From a virus: a stretch of DNA of 64,000 nucleotides. A model generated the notes under the pieces. The model saw only the letters and a program-made list of their open reading frames with translations, did no database searches and had not been told where the DNA came from. How positions within the stretch are numbered: the first letter of the stretch is position 1; every line of letters starts with the position of its first letter. The stretch is from the IMG/VR virus record IMGVR_UViG_3300028388_001983, positions 9,144 to 73,143 of that record; one strand, 5' to 3'. This document shows, piece after piece, positions 31,335-39,617 of the stretch. The position numbers and the translations under genes are program-made.

Positions 31335-32009
31335 TTAAATTAGTATTAGAATCGCTATAACTACAGCCTGAGTTACTCCTAGAGCTATAGCAATATTTTT
31401 TATAAGTTGTTCTCTTTCTAAAGTGTCTTTTAATTGATTATATAAATCAATAACATTACCAGATAATTTTTTTAATCTATCTGTTTCTGCTTCTAGATTA
31501 GAATTAATTTTTTTAAGTTTTTTTATTTGATCATTGGCTAGTGTGATTTCTTGCTCATAATAAATATGTAATTCTTCATAAGTATCGAGAGAAAGTCTTT
31601 GATTTGCTGCTTTAATAACTTCTCTATGTAAAGCTTTAACTTGATCTTCAGAAAATTCATAACTAGCTTCTACAGAATCATCTGGAAATTCTAACTGTAA
31701 ATATTTATAACTAGAATCAGCAGACATATTATCTACTTCTACTAATTCATCCAATAAATTATTTTCTAAAGCTGCTAACTCTTCTTCTATTTTTTGTATC
31801 TCTTCTCTAAGACTATCCATTTTAATACTATCAATCTGAATAGTCTCCTTTAATTGCTCATTCTCTTTTTTAGAACTGTTGTATTCATTTAATAGGTTTT
31901 CTAATCTAATATCAAATTGTTGAATTTTATCCCTATGATATTTAAAAAACGTTCCTAAAGCTAACAACCCAACAACAATTGCCACTATAACACCTAAATT
32001 AACTTTCAT
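31335..32009 (-). CDS. Spanin-like membrane coiled-coil protein
   Basis: N-terminal TM, long coiled coil, C-terminal TM; overlaps the endolysin gene. Confidence 0.55.
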   Translation of the reverse strand: MKVNLGVIVAIVVGLLALGTFFKYHRDKIQQFDIRLENLLNEYNSSKKENEQLKETIQIDSIKMDSLREEIQKIEEELAALENNLLDELVEVDNMSADSSYKYLQLEFPDDSVEASYEFSEDQVKALHREVIKAANQRLSLDTYEELHIYYEQEITLANDQIKKLKKINSNLEAETDRLKKLSGNVIDLYNQLKDTLEREQLIKNIAIALGVTQAVVIAILILI

Positions 32010-32436
32010 ATCCTATAAATTTTGGTTCTCTATATCCTAACACTCTGTCTTCTGGATATGCAGATATTTGAACCTTATTAGATTGATTGCCTCCTAAACA
32101 ATAAATATATCCATTTCTCTTTGCAATAAATATTCCTACATGACCTTTCCAACTATTAGGGTCTTCTCTCCAGAATATAACTATATGTCCAGGTTTAGGA
32201 TCAGATATTTTATTTTCTAATCCTAACCAACTACGAGCATCTAGTTTATTAGTATACTCAAAACCTTCGATCTTACAAACCCAATTTATAAAAGCACCGC
32301 ACCAAGCTATTTCATCATCAGCCCACTCTTGATTAATTATATCAAAATATTTATTAATCTCAGGCTCAGACTTATCTCCAGGTATTTCTTTAATACCATA
32401 CTCTTTAAGTGCTCTATTTAGGATTAGTAGTCTCAT
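31999..32436 (-). CDS. Endolysin, CHAP/NlpC-P60 (TIGR02594-like) peptidoglycan hydrolase
   Basis: DDEIAWCGAF, ARSWL, GHVGIF, CLGGNQ motifs; probable start MRLLIL at 32436. Confidence 0.85.
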   Translation of the reverse strand: MRLLILNRALKEYGIKEIPGDKSEPEINKYFDIINQEWADDEIAWCGAFINWVCKIEGFEYTNKLDARSWLGLENKISDPKPGHIVIFWREDPNSWKGHVGIFIAKRNGYIYCLGGNQSNKVQISAYPEDRVLGYREPKFIGYES

Positions 32437-32671
32437 CTTTTGCTTTATTTTTACCATTAACAATATTATCAGCAATTCCTAAACCTAACAATCCAAATAC
32501 TGCTGGTAAAGTATACTTATATAAACTTATTGCAGTTTCTGGAATCTCAGCTTTCCTAAGTACCAATATAAGGAAAGCAACTATTAGAGCTAATCCAAAT
32601 GGTACTCCTACTACCCTTTTACTAGATAGTTTACCAGTAGCACTAAATATGCTATTTAATACATTTTTCAT
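32414..32671 (-). CDS. Putative holin
   Basis: 85 aa, LSSKRVVG + two TM helices, charged C-terminus, adjacent to endolysin. Confidence 0.65.
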   Translation of the reverse strand: MKNVLNSIFSATGKLSSKRVVGVPFGLALIVAFLILVLRKAEIPETAISLYKYTLPAVFGLLGLGIADNIVNGKNKAKDETTNPK

Positions 32672-32681
32672 GATTAAAATT

Positions 32682-32975
32682 TTAATTATTATCTTTTATG
32701 TAACCATCAAGCTTATTTTCTATCCTATCTAAAGTTTCAAAAAGTCTATCATTATCAGCTTGATAATCACTTTTATCTAATTTGTTACTTTGTAAATCTT
32801 GAATTTCATCTGTATGTAAATCTATTATTTTCTCATGTACTTTAACTCTATCTTTAGTACTTGTTAATATGATTACACTGTTTAATGTAAATCCAAGTAA
32901 CGTTACAATTACGGGAATAAAAACTATTACTATCCATTTTTTCATCTTTATTTCCCCATTGTTTTCTTCAGCCAT
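32682..32975 (-). CDS. Single-TM coiled-coil protein (holin/antiholin-like)
   Basis: One TM then a helix ending LDRIENKLD; lies in the lysis cassette. Confidence 0.45.
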   Translation of the reverse strand: MAEENNGEIKMKKWIVIVFIPVIVTLLGFTLNSVIILTSTKDRVKVHEKIIDLHTDEIQDLQSNKLDKSDYQADNDRLFETLDRIENKLDGYIKDNN

Positions 32976-32994
32976 TTATATCAATTTTTTACTA

Positions 32995-33459
32995 TTAGAA
33001 ATTATTTCCGTATCTTAAAGTTATACTTACAGCAAATGTAAATGCAATTCCTTTTGGAAGGAGTTGACTTTTTCCACTCATCATTTTACCAAACACTTTA
33101 TCTGTTATCTCAGTATTTCCAAAATAATAGATATTGTCTATATTAGGATTTATCAAATTATAAGTTAAATTAAATAATGCAAATCTGGTACATATATATG
33201 CAGGAAGTTTCCATTTCCAATCACTTCGTTCAAAGTCTATTATAAATGGTTGACTTACTAATAATCCTACAGAAGCAGCATTAAAAGCATGTCCCCACTC
33301 TTTAGAACCAGAATCCATTAATGCATCACCAGTAGCATCTAATACAACATGTCCTATATCAAATGCCAAAGATGTAACCGACTTTTTTGTTACCCAATGT
33401 TGACCAAAAGATAACATTGGGATTAATAATAATATTAGTATAAATATTTTTAATTTCAT
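32995..33459 (-). CDS. Hypothetical membrane/secreted protein
   Basis: Signal-peptide-like MKLKIFILILLLIPMLSFG-Q followed by hydrophobic segments. Confidence 0.55.
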   Translation of the reverse strand: MKLKIFILILLLIPMLSFGQHWVTKKSVTSLAFDIGHVVLDATGDALMDSGSKEWGHAFNAASVGLLVSQPFIIDFERSDWKWKLPAYICTRFALFNLTYNLINPNIDNIYYFGNTEITDKVFGKMMSGKSQLLPKGIAFTFAVSITLRYGNNF

Positions 33460-33462
33460 ATA

Positions 33463-33741
33463 TTATTTATATAATACAGCAGTTCCAGAAGTACTTTCAA
33501 TAGAAGTAATAGCATGACCTTCTGCTACTGTAACTAACGTTCCTACAGCTAATTCAGTTCCAACAAAACTTTGCATATCTGGATCACTAGAAGTTATAGC
33601 TGCTATGGTTAAGGCAGAATTTACTATAAAACCTCTATAGTGACCAGTTTTAGTAGCTCCACTTCCTAATAAAACACTTCCACTACCTCCAGTAAGTCTA
33701 GAAAGTATATTATATATCTCTTGTAATAAGTTACTATTCAT
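33463..33741 (-). CDS. Small beta-rich protein, possible capsid-vertex spike base (RcGTA Rcc01079-like)
   Basis: 92 aa, Gly/Thr-rich beta pattern ending ITSIESTSGTAVLYK; has its own promoter. Confidence 0.4.
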   Translation of the reverse strand: MNSNLLQEIYNILSRLTGGSGSVLLGSGATKTGHYRGFIVNSALTIAAITSSDPDMQSFVGTELAVGTLVTVAEGHAITSIESTSGTAVLYK

Positions 33742-33757
33742 TTTCTTTTAATTTTAT

Positions 33758-33789
33758 TAAAAATACAAAATATAATTAACATTTCCAAA
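33758..33789 (-). promoter_or_regulatory. Bacteroidota sigma-A-type promoter for the spike-base/lysis/tail module
   Basis: TTTG-gaaatgttaattatattttg-TATTTTTA, 20-nt spacer nearly identical to that at 59812-59843. Confidence 0.65.
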
Positions 33790-33832
33790 CAGAATTTCTA
33801 ACAACAAGTATTAGAAATAATATTAATTATAT

Positions 33833-33868
33833 AAAAAAAGGAAGGAAGATCGTGTCCCCCTTCCTTTT
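33833..33868 (-). terminator. Intrinsic terminator after the auxiliary capsid gene
   Basis: AAAAGGAAGGGGGA-cacga-TCTTCCTTCCTTTT + T run on the minus strand. Confidence 0.75.
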
Positions 33869-33891
33869 AAATTTTAAGGTTAAAATAATTT

Positions 33892-35094
33892 TTATACAGT
33901 CAGACCTAATGCAGTATCTACATCATCACCGTTAAGTGATACTTTAGTCCTGAGTATGATCCTAAACTTAGAAGCTGGTTTTTGTCCAGTACCTACCCAA
34001 GTAACATTCTGAGTTGTACCTTCAATTACCATAGTATCATAAGTATTACTAGAATTAGCTTCAGAACGATAATTAGTAGGCGGATATCTATCAAGATACC
34101 TTCCTGCATATTCATTCATACCGCAGTATACTTCTAATGCAGCTACCTGTGCATAAGTTCCAGAACCTATAGCAGCAGCAGTATCATAAGTAGTTTCAAC
34201 AGTAGAACTGAAGTCGTCTGAATTAACAGTAAAGTTAACTAAACTAGGATAATCAGTTGCAGGATTAAAGGTTACTTCATTAGCAAACCTGTCTACACCA
34301 GTAAACTTAAGACCATAATTACCAATATCTGCAGAGGCTACAAATTCGTAAGAACTTACAGCAGAAGCAGTAGCTCCTTTATAAGGACGGTCAAGGGTCA
34401 TAATTTCATTACTAGTATCCAGAGCTGTTACCATATATACAGGATCAGCTTCAGTAGTACCAAATCTAACAAGGTCTCCTACAGAAACAACAGCATCTAC
34501 ATCAGTAGCAGCAGTTACATACTTGGAACCTTTAGTCACTGAAAGATTACCAGTTCCTGTATTAGCAGTTTCACTACCAGAATTTACACGCTCACACTTG
34601 ATCATTTCATAAGCCTCTCTTGCAAAAGCCTTATCAAAATGTTCATCAAGAAGAGTTGCAATATTATACTCAGTAGCTGCAGTTGCTTCAGCAGAAACAG
34701 TTTTAATAAGGGGACTAGTTCCTACTACAGGAGCAGTTTGTCTTATTTCTATGTGTAAGGTATACACATTTCCTGATACAATAGTTCCAAGACTACCAGA
34801 GCTACCATTATAACCAAAATAGGTTACTTGTTGGGTATCTGCTGCATAAGTATCAGAAGTTATTGTACAATCATTAGGTACAAAGAAAGGTGAATATACT
34901 ACTTGACCAGTAGAAAGCATATTAGCTATTCTAAATTTAGAGGTAGAACTAGAAGAATCAGTCTCTTCCAAAATTCCATCTTCTCCTACAAGACCAATTG
35001 ATCCAGCAGCAAAATCTTTTGCATAGGTAGTATCATCTGTACCACCATTTGCTACATTTCCAATGTACTGATAAGTTACACTATCTTCAAACAT
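33892..35094 (-). CDS. Auxiliary capsid protein (crAss001 gp36-like) with inserted beta domain
   Basis: YAADTQQVTYFG, YGLKFTG, GSGTYAQVAALE motifs; Ala/Thr/Ser-rich; third gene after MCP. Confidence 0.65.
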   Translation of the reverse strand: MFEDSVTYQYIGNVANGGTDDTTYAKDFAAGSIGLVGEDGILEETDSSSSTSKFRIANMLSTGQVVYSPFFVPNDCTITSDTYAADTQQVTYFGYNGSSGSLGTIVSGNVYTLHIEIRQTAPVVGTSPLIKTVSAEATAATEYNIATLLDEHFDKAFAREAYEMIKCERVNSGSETANTGTGNLSVTKGSKYVTAATDVDAVVSVGDLVRFGTTEADPVYMVTALDTSNEIMTLDRPYKGATASAVSSYEFVASADIGNYGLKFTGVDRFANEVTFNPATDYPSLVNFTVNSDDFSSTVETTYDTAAAIGSGTYAQVAALEVYCGMNEYAGRYLDRYPPTNYRSEANSSNTYDTMVIEGTTQNVTWVGTGQKPASKFRIILRTKVSLNGDDVDTALGLTV

Positions 35095-35124
35095 TTTTCT
35101 ATAATTTTAATTCAACAAAATAAT

Positions 35125-35832
35125 TTAATTCTCAAATTCTCTAAGCTGTACTCCTAACTGATCTTTTATATAAATATCAGCATTTTGAGCAGCTTTTGTA
35201 ATAATTTTTCTATGTACAGAGTGGTGTAAACAAGATGTTAATCCATTTGAGTTGTAAGTAGCATCTACTGTTACATCATCTATTATTGTACTAATAGTTA
35301 CTCCAGGAACTATAATAGGAGTAAGTTTTTCTATATACTCCATTTTATAACTAGATAAAGTTGTACCATCGGTTATAATCACAACCTCAGCTCTACTTGT
35401 TCCTTCTAATATAAGTCTCCAAAATTCATCTGAATCTGGATTTTTATAAGGATTATCTTTATTTGCCTTATAAAAATTATAACTTATTGGAGTTATATCT
35501 ATATCGCTATTAGCTCTTTCATTTAATATGAACCTAATATTACCTAGAGTAATACTATCAGAACTATTTAAATCTACTATATAACCATTAGTATAATGAC
35601 TATTTGAACTAATATTACCACTAGTAACAGACACTTTTTTGAATATGGGTGATACAGCTAATCTATTAAATTCATTAGCTTCTACTCCTTCCTCAAGTAT
35701 ATCATTAAGAATCTCTTCCTGAGCCCTTGATAATATAATTGATTTCTCATGAACTTCATAACCTGGAGCATTATCACTGGCTATAGATTCATAAACTACA
35801 TCAAACTCATATGCAAATTGTGCAGCATCCAT
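35125..35832 (-). CDS. Ring/neck protein (crAss gene 74-like)
   Basis: FDVVYESIASDNAPG..EKSIILSRAQ, NPYKNP, Y...PIIV, LHHSVHRKII. Confidence 0.75.
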   Translation of the reverse strand: MDAAQFAYEFDVVYESIASDNAPGYEVHEKSIILSRAQEEILNDILEEGVEANEFNRLAVSPIFKKVSVTSGNISSNSHYTNGYIVDLNSSDSITLGNIRFILNERANSDIDITPISYNFYKANKDNPYKNPDSDEFWRLILEGTSRAEVVIITDGTTLSSYKMEYIEKLTPIIVPGVTISTIIDDVTVDATYNSNGLTSCLHHSVHRKIITKAAQNADIYIKDQLGVQLREFEN

Positions 35833-36749
35833 TATTTACTAGCTGTTTGTTTTTTAGACCTACCTTTAGGTTTACTATCCATATTAATCTGAGCCTCTAT
35901 CTTTAAATAAACATCATCAGAGTTTTCTTTTAATTGTTCTAGATGCCTAACTATTTCAGGAAGTGTCCATTTAATAGTTTCTCCCGGTATTACATAACTG
36001 TTAATACCACGTTTCTCTATAGCACCCACTCGTATAGCCTTAGCGATAAAAGCTTTCATTTCATAGTTATCATCATCCATCACTCTAATAAATTGATCAG
36101 GTTGATCTTTCATAATCTTCATCAATTCAGCGTTTAAGAATTTTTCACTAGCATCACTAGGTACATTCTTAAGTTGCTTATTATCCATAAAGAATACATC
36201 TAAGAAGTCCTTCATCTTAGAAGGATGGTTCTGAATAGTACCATAAAAAGTAAACATCTTCTGAGTTCTTTCAAGCTCTTTGTTTTGTTCTGTCTCTTCA
36301 AAGTCTTCTCCAATAAGAGCAAAACTATATGAAGGTCTTTGGAATCTTTGCTCCCAACTTGGAGCAACTTGTTTCTGAACTCTTAAAACTTTAACTCTAA
36401 GCATATCTAAAGGATCACTAAGATTAAAACTCATACCTTCTTTAATAGTAGTAGGAGTTTTCATAAACTTCACCTTAAATGTATGCCAAAAGTTATCAGT
36501 CTTTTTATGAATATTCAAATCTTGTGATAACTCATCTTCAAAGAACTTTTGTTCTTCCTGACTTTCAAAAGGGTTTATTAATGCATTTCTACTGTCTTTT
36601 GGTAGAACAAATGTTACTACCGCACCTTCATACATAAAATATCCTTTATGAGCAGGATCGTTAATCATTCTACCAGCTCTAGGAACTGGTTTTAAAATAA
36701 TTTTTTGATTTTTCAAATAACCTTTGTTAATTGCTTCTTCTCTTGTCAT
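35832..36749 (-). CDS. Conserved crAss protein downstream of MCP (gene 75-like)
   Basis: NFWHTFKV, FNLSDPLD, VAPSWE motifs; likely start MTREE at 36749, since the track's start lies inside a terminator hairpin. Confidence 0.7.
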   Translation of the reverse strand: MTREEAINKGYLKNQKIILKPVPRAGRMINDPAHKGYFMYEGAVVTFVLPKDSRNALINPFESQEEQKFFEDELSQDLNIHKKTDNFWHTFKVKFMKTPTTIKEGMSFNLSDPLDMLRVKVLRVQKQVAPSWEQRFQRPSYSFALIGEDFEETEQNKELERTQKMFTFYGTIQNHPSKMKDFLDVFFMDNKQLKNVPSDASEKFLNAELMKIMKDQPDQFIRVMDDDNYEMKAFIAKAIRVGAIEKRGINSYVIPGETIKWTLPEIVRHLEQLKENSDDVYLKIEAQINMDSKPKGRSKKQTASK

Positions 36750-36770
36750 AATTTTTGCCAAATTTAAGTT

Positions 36771-36800
36771 AAAAGAGCTGGGGCGATTAAACCCCAGCAT
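36771..36800 (-). terminator. Intrinsic terminator after the major capsid gene
   Basis: GCTGGGG-tttaatcg-CCCCAGC-TCTTTT. Confidence 0.7.
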
Positions 36801-36810
36801 ATATTAATAA

Positions 36811-38313
36811 TTATCCAGTAGCCAAAATACTAGGTATAATTCTTCCAGTTTTCAGGGGGTTCTTAAGCATAATACCACCAATAAACATCTTAAGAACTGT
36901 ATAACCATCAACTGAGGATGCAGTCATTGTAGGATCAGCATTTCTAGCCATACCGCCTGCACTGAACGGGTCACGCATACCAGGTATGTAACGGAAATAC
37001 TCTTCATTATCCTTAACAGCAACCTTCATAATATTAGCTTCACCAGCAGTTGTACCAGCGTCCCAAATATCATAAATATAAGAACTTGCTAATCCACCTT
37101 CAGGGTGAGGAAGCTTATTCCTAATAGGATCGTCTTTCATAGGATCGAGAGTCACCTTAAATTTAATCCCATTTACAAATTCATAGTTAAGAAACTGACC
37201 CTCAAGGAGAGTTACATTGTTTCCACTAGTTTTGATATTATGATCTGACTGCAACCAAGAAATGTTGGTAGCTTTTTCAGACATTGATTTATGGAATTTA
37301 TAAAGTCCTCTTTCTCCAGTAGAAAGAATAAACTCACGTTTATCTTCAGGAAGTTTTCCTACAGATAAGTCAAGTGCAAAATCTCCCAACATATCTGCTG
37401 AAAAATCATTATAAAACAAAGTATGACCACCATCCATTTGTTCATAAAGACCAAATCCTGAACGAATTACGTTACCAGATTCACCTTTATTACCAAAGGA
37501 GCCATCGCTAAGTTTATTAGACTTTCCATGAAGGAGTAATCTTGCTTTATCTCTCCTAAATTGTACCATGAAGTCCCATCCAAGTTTATCCAACCAACGA
37601 TAATGTTGTTTACCATCTTGATCTACAAAAGCAAATGCAAGAGGTTTATTCTTACCTTGAAGGATCATATTACCAGGAACATCATAATTCTTACGTATGT
37701 AAGAAGTGTTATTCTCCATTCTAAATGGAGCAGAGTGGTGAACAGTGTTACCACGTACAGAAAGTTCTTGTTCTACAAGACCATATTCTTCTGACCATCT
37801 TGTACCAGCAGCAAGGTCTGTTACAGGAACAAAAAGATTATCATCTCCAGTTACAAGTTCAACTCTATACCTCCAACCATCACCATCATATACTGGGTCT
37901 TCAGTTACACGAAGAGCATACTCATCAGGGTATTCTCCCACTATAACTGATGTAGCCTCAAAGTATCTTTCAGGAAACCACATATAAAAAGGTGTCCTAG
38001 TGATACCTGGCTGATCAGTTGAACTGAGAGCAGAATAACTAGCAGCTAAAGATGCTTTTACAAGAGGAATATTCCTCTCGTCTGCACCTTGAAGATACCA
38101 GTAATAAGGCCCCTCAGTATCCAAATAGTGAGTAGGGAACTGATCCATGAAGCTAACAATATTATCAGCACCATAATTGACCTCATAAATCTTATCAATT
38201 ACTTTACTAATTGCTTCAGGTTCAGTCATACCTATCCAACCCAAATGGGCTTCACGAGTAAGACCAGACCAGTATTTAGGTTCTACAGTTTGTAATTTAC
38301 TAATTCTATCCAT
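36811..38313 (-). CDS. Major capsid protein (crAss-type HK97 fold)
   Basis: WSGLTREAHLG, RNIPLV, GTRWSEEY, GESGNVIRSGFGLYEQM, TGERG, SSVDGY motifs; 500 aa; synteny. Confidence 0.92.
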   Translation of the reverse strand: MDRISKLQTVEPKYWSGLTREAHLGWIGMTEPEAISKVIDKIYEVNYGADNIVSFMDQFPTHYLDTEGPYYWYLQGADERNIPLVKASLAASYSALSSTDQPGITRTPFYMWFPERYFEATSVIVGEYPDEYALRVTEDPVYDGDGWRYRVELVTGDDNLFVPVTDLAAGTRWSEEYGLVEQELSVRGNTVHHSAPFRMENNTSYIRKNYDVPGNMILQGKNKPLAFAFVDQDGKQHYRWLDKLGWDFMVQFRRDKARLLLHGKSNKLSDGSFGNKGESGNVIRSGFGLYEQMDGGHTLFYNDFSADMLGDFALDLSVGKLPEDKREFILSTGERGLYKFHKSMSEKATNISWLQSDHNIKTSGNNVTLLEGQFLNYEFVNGIKFKVTLDPMKDDPIRNKLPHPEGGLASSYIYDIWDAGTTAGEANIMKVAVKDNEEYFRYIPGMRDPFSAGGMARNADPTMTASSVDGYTVLKMFIGGIMLKNPLKTGRIIPSILATG

Positions 38314-38335
38314 CGTATATTAATTTAAAAAGTGT

Positions 38336-39532
38336 TTATATTAAGTTCTTTAACGGTCCTAAAACATCCTTATCTTTTGAACTTGGACTAGGAGTTTTAC
38401 CTGAGCCTTTAAATCCTGCTTTAGAGTCTTGATTATCTATATAATCTTTGATTTTAGAAGAGACTTTAGTAGTGGCAATTTTGTTTATCTTATCCCAATT
38501 ACCATCAAATACTCCTATGTCAATTAAGTATGCTAATTTTGTATCAAAATTTATTGAGTCTTCACTACGTTTAGACCATATACCATTAAGGACATTCCCT
38601 TGTTCATCTTGTTTTACAGGTTTAGTAATCATATCTTTGATTTTATTCCTAGTTCTAGGACTAATCTCTTGACCAGGAATTATCTCTTTGATATCTTTCA
38701 AAGTCTTATCTAAAGATTGAACATATTTTTTATAATTATCTTTAGCCTGTTGTTCTTGATCTGCTTGTTGTTGCTTCAAATCTTCAAGTTGCTTCTTACT
38801 AAGTTCTTTCAAACCAGTTAAAGCCTCTTTAGCATCATCAACATCATCTCCTAAATCAATACTTCTTTGAACTAATTTCTTTATTTTCTCATCTGAGAAA
38901 GTAGTAGTAGCTTTATAATGCTGACTTAAAATCTTTTTCCGCACATCTGCAGAATCTTCTTTCTCTAAATCTTCTTCTTTAAGATTTTCAATCTCTTCTA
39001 CACTACCAATAAAGTTTCCAGCCTCTTCTGCTGAATAACCCATCTCTCTAAGTTGAGCATACTCTTTTGAGTATTCATCTAGGTCTGCAGAAACATCCTT
39101 CTTGACATTTTCAATTTCTGATAAGAACATTGTTTCGAGAGCTCCATCAGGACCTTCATCTTCTAAAAGTTTTTTAAATTCCTCTTCATCAAAAGAGGAA
39201 ACTAACCCCTGCTCCTTCAGGTGTTTGGCAAAGACAAGAGCAAAAGGTTCATCCGAAGAATCAGTATCATCAGAAGCAGGGGGTTTGTTTCCTTTATCTT
39301 CTGCATCTTCGTCACCAGTTTTGCCTTCATCGTCTTCATTATCACTACTATCATCAGTAGCTTCACCTTTTAAAATATTTTCTAAATCTAAATCATCATC
39401 TATTTGATCAGGATTAGTATTTTTATCTCCACCATCATTTTCATCTTTTTTAGGTGGTTCTACTGGGTTTCCCCCTGACGCCAATAGTTGATCAAAATTA
39501 AAATCAATTGCTGTCTCTTCTTTAGTTGCCAT
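38336..39532 (-). CDS. Acidic scaffold-like protein upstream of MCP
   Basis: Highly acidic, coiled coil, located between portal and MCP; start MATKEE at 39532 lies downstream of a promoter. Confidence 0.65.
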   Translation of the reverse strand: MATKEETAIDFNFDQLLASGGNPVEPPKKDENDGGDKNTNPDQIDDDLDLENILKGEATDDSSDNEDDEGKTGDEDAEDKGNKPPASDDTDSSDEPFALVFAKHLKEQGLVSSFDEEEFKKLLEDEGPDGALETMFLSEIENVKKDVSADLDEYSKEYAQLREMGYSAEEAGNFIGSVEEIENLKEEDLEKEDSADVRKKILSQHYKATTTFSDEKIKKLVQRSIDLGDDVDDAKEALTGLKELSKKQLEDLKQQQADQEQQAKDNYKKYVQSLDKTLKDIKEIIPGQEISPRTRNKIKDMITKPVKQDEQGNVLNGIWSKRSEDSINFDTKLAYLIDIGVFDGNWDKINKIATTKVSSKIKDYIDNQDSKAGFKGSGKTPSPSSKDKDVLGPLKNLI

Positions 39533-39553
39533 CTTTACCAAATTTTAATGTTA

Positions 39554-39585
39554 CAAAAATATAAATTATTTATAAATCTAACAAA
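39554..39585 (-). promoter_or_regulatory. Bacteroidota sigma-A-type promoter for the scaffold/MCP operon
   Basis: TTTG-N20-TATTTTTG, exact consensus. Confidence 0.75.
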
Positions 39586-39617
39586 TTATGTTAGAAATTA
39601 ATTCTCAGACTATAGCT

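Noticed and set aside
36750-36800. Track N-terminal extensions for ORFs ending at 35832, 60434, 63127 and 952
   Set aside because: The extensions overlap a terminator, a promoter or neighbouring genes; downstream ATGs with AT-rich leaders fit better
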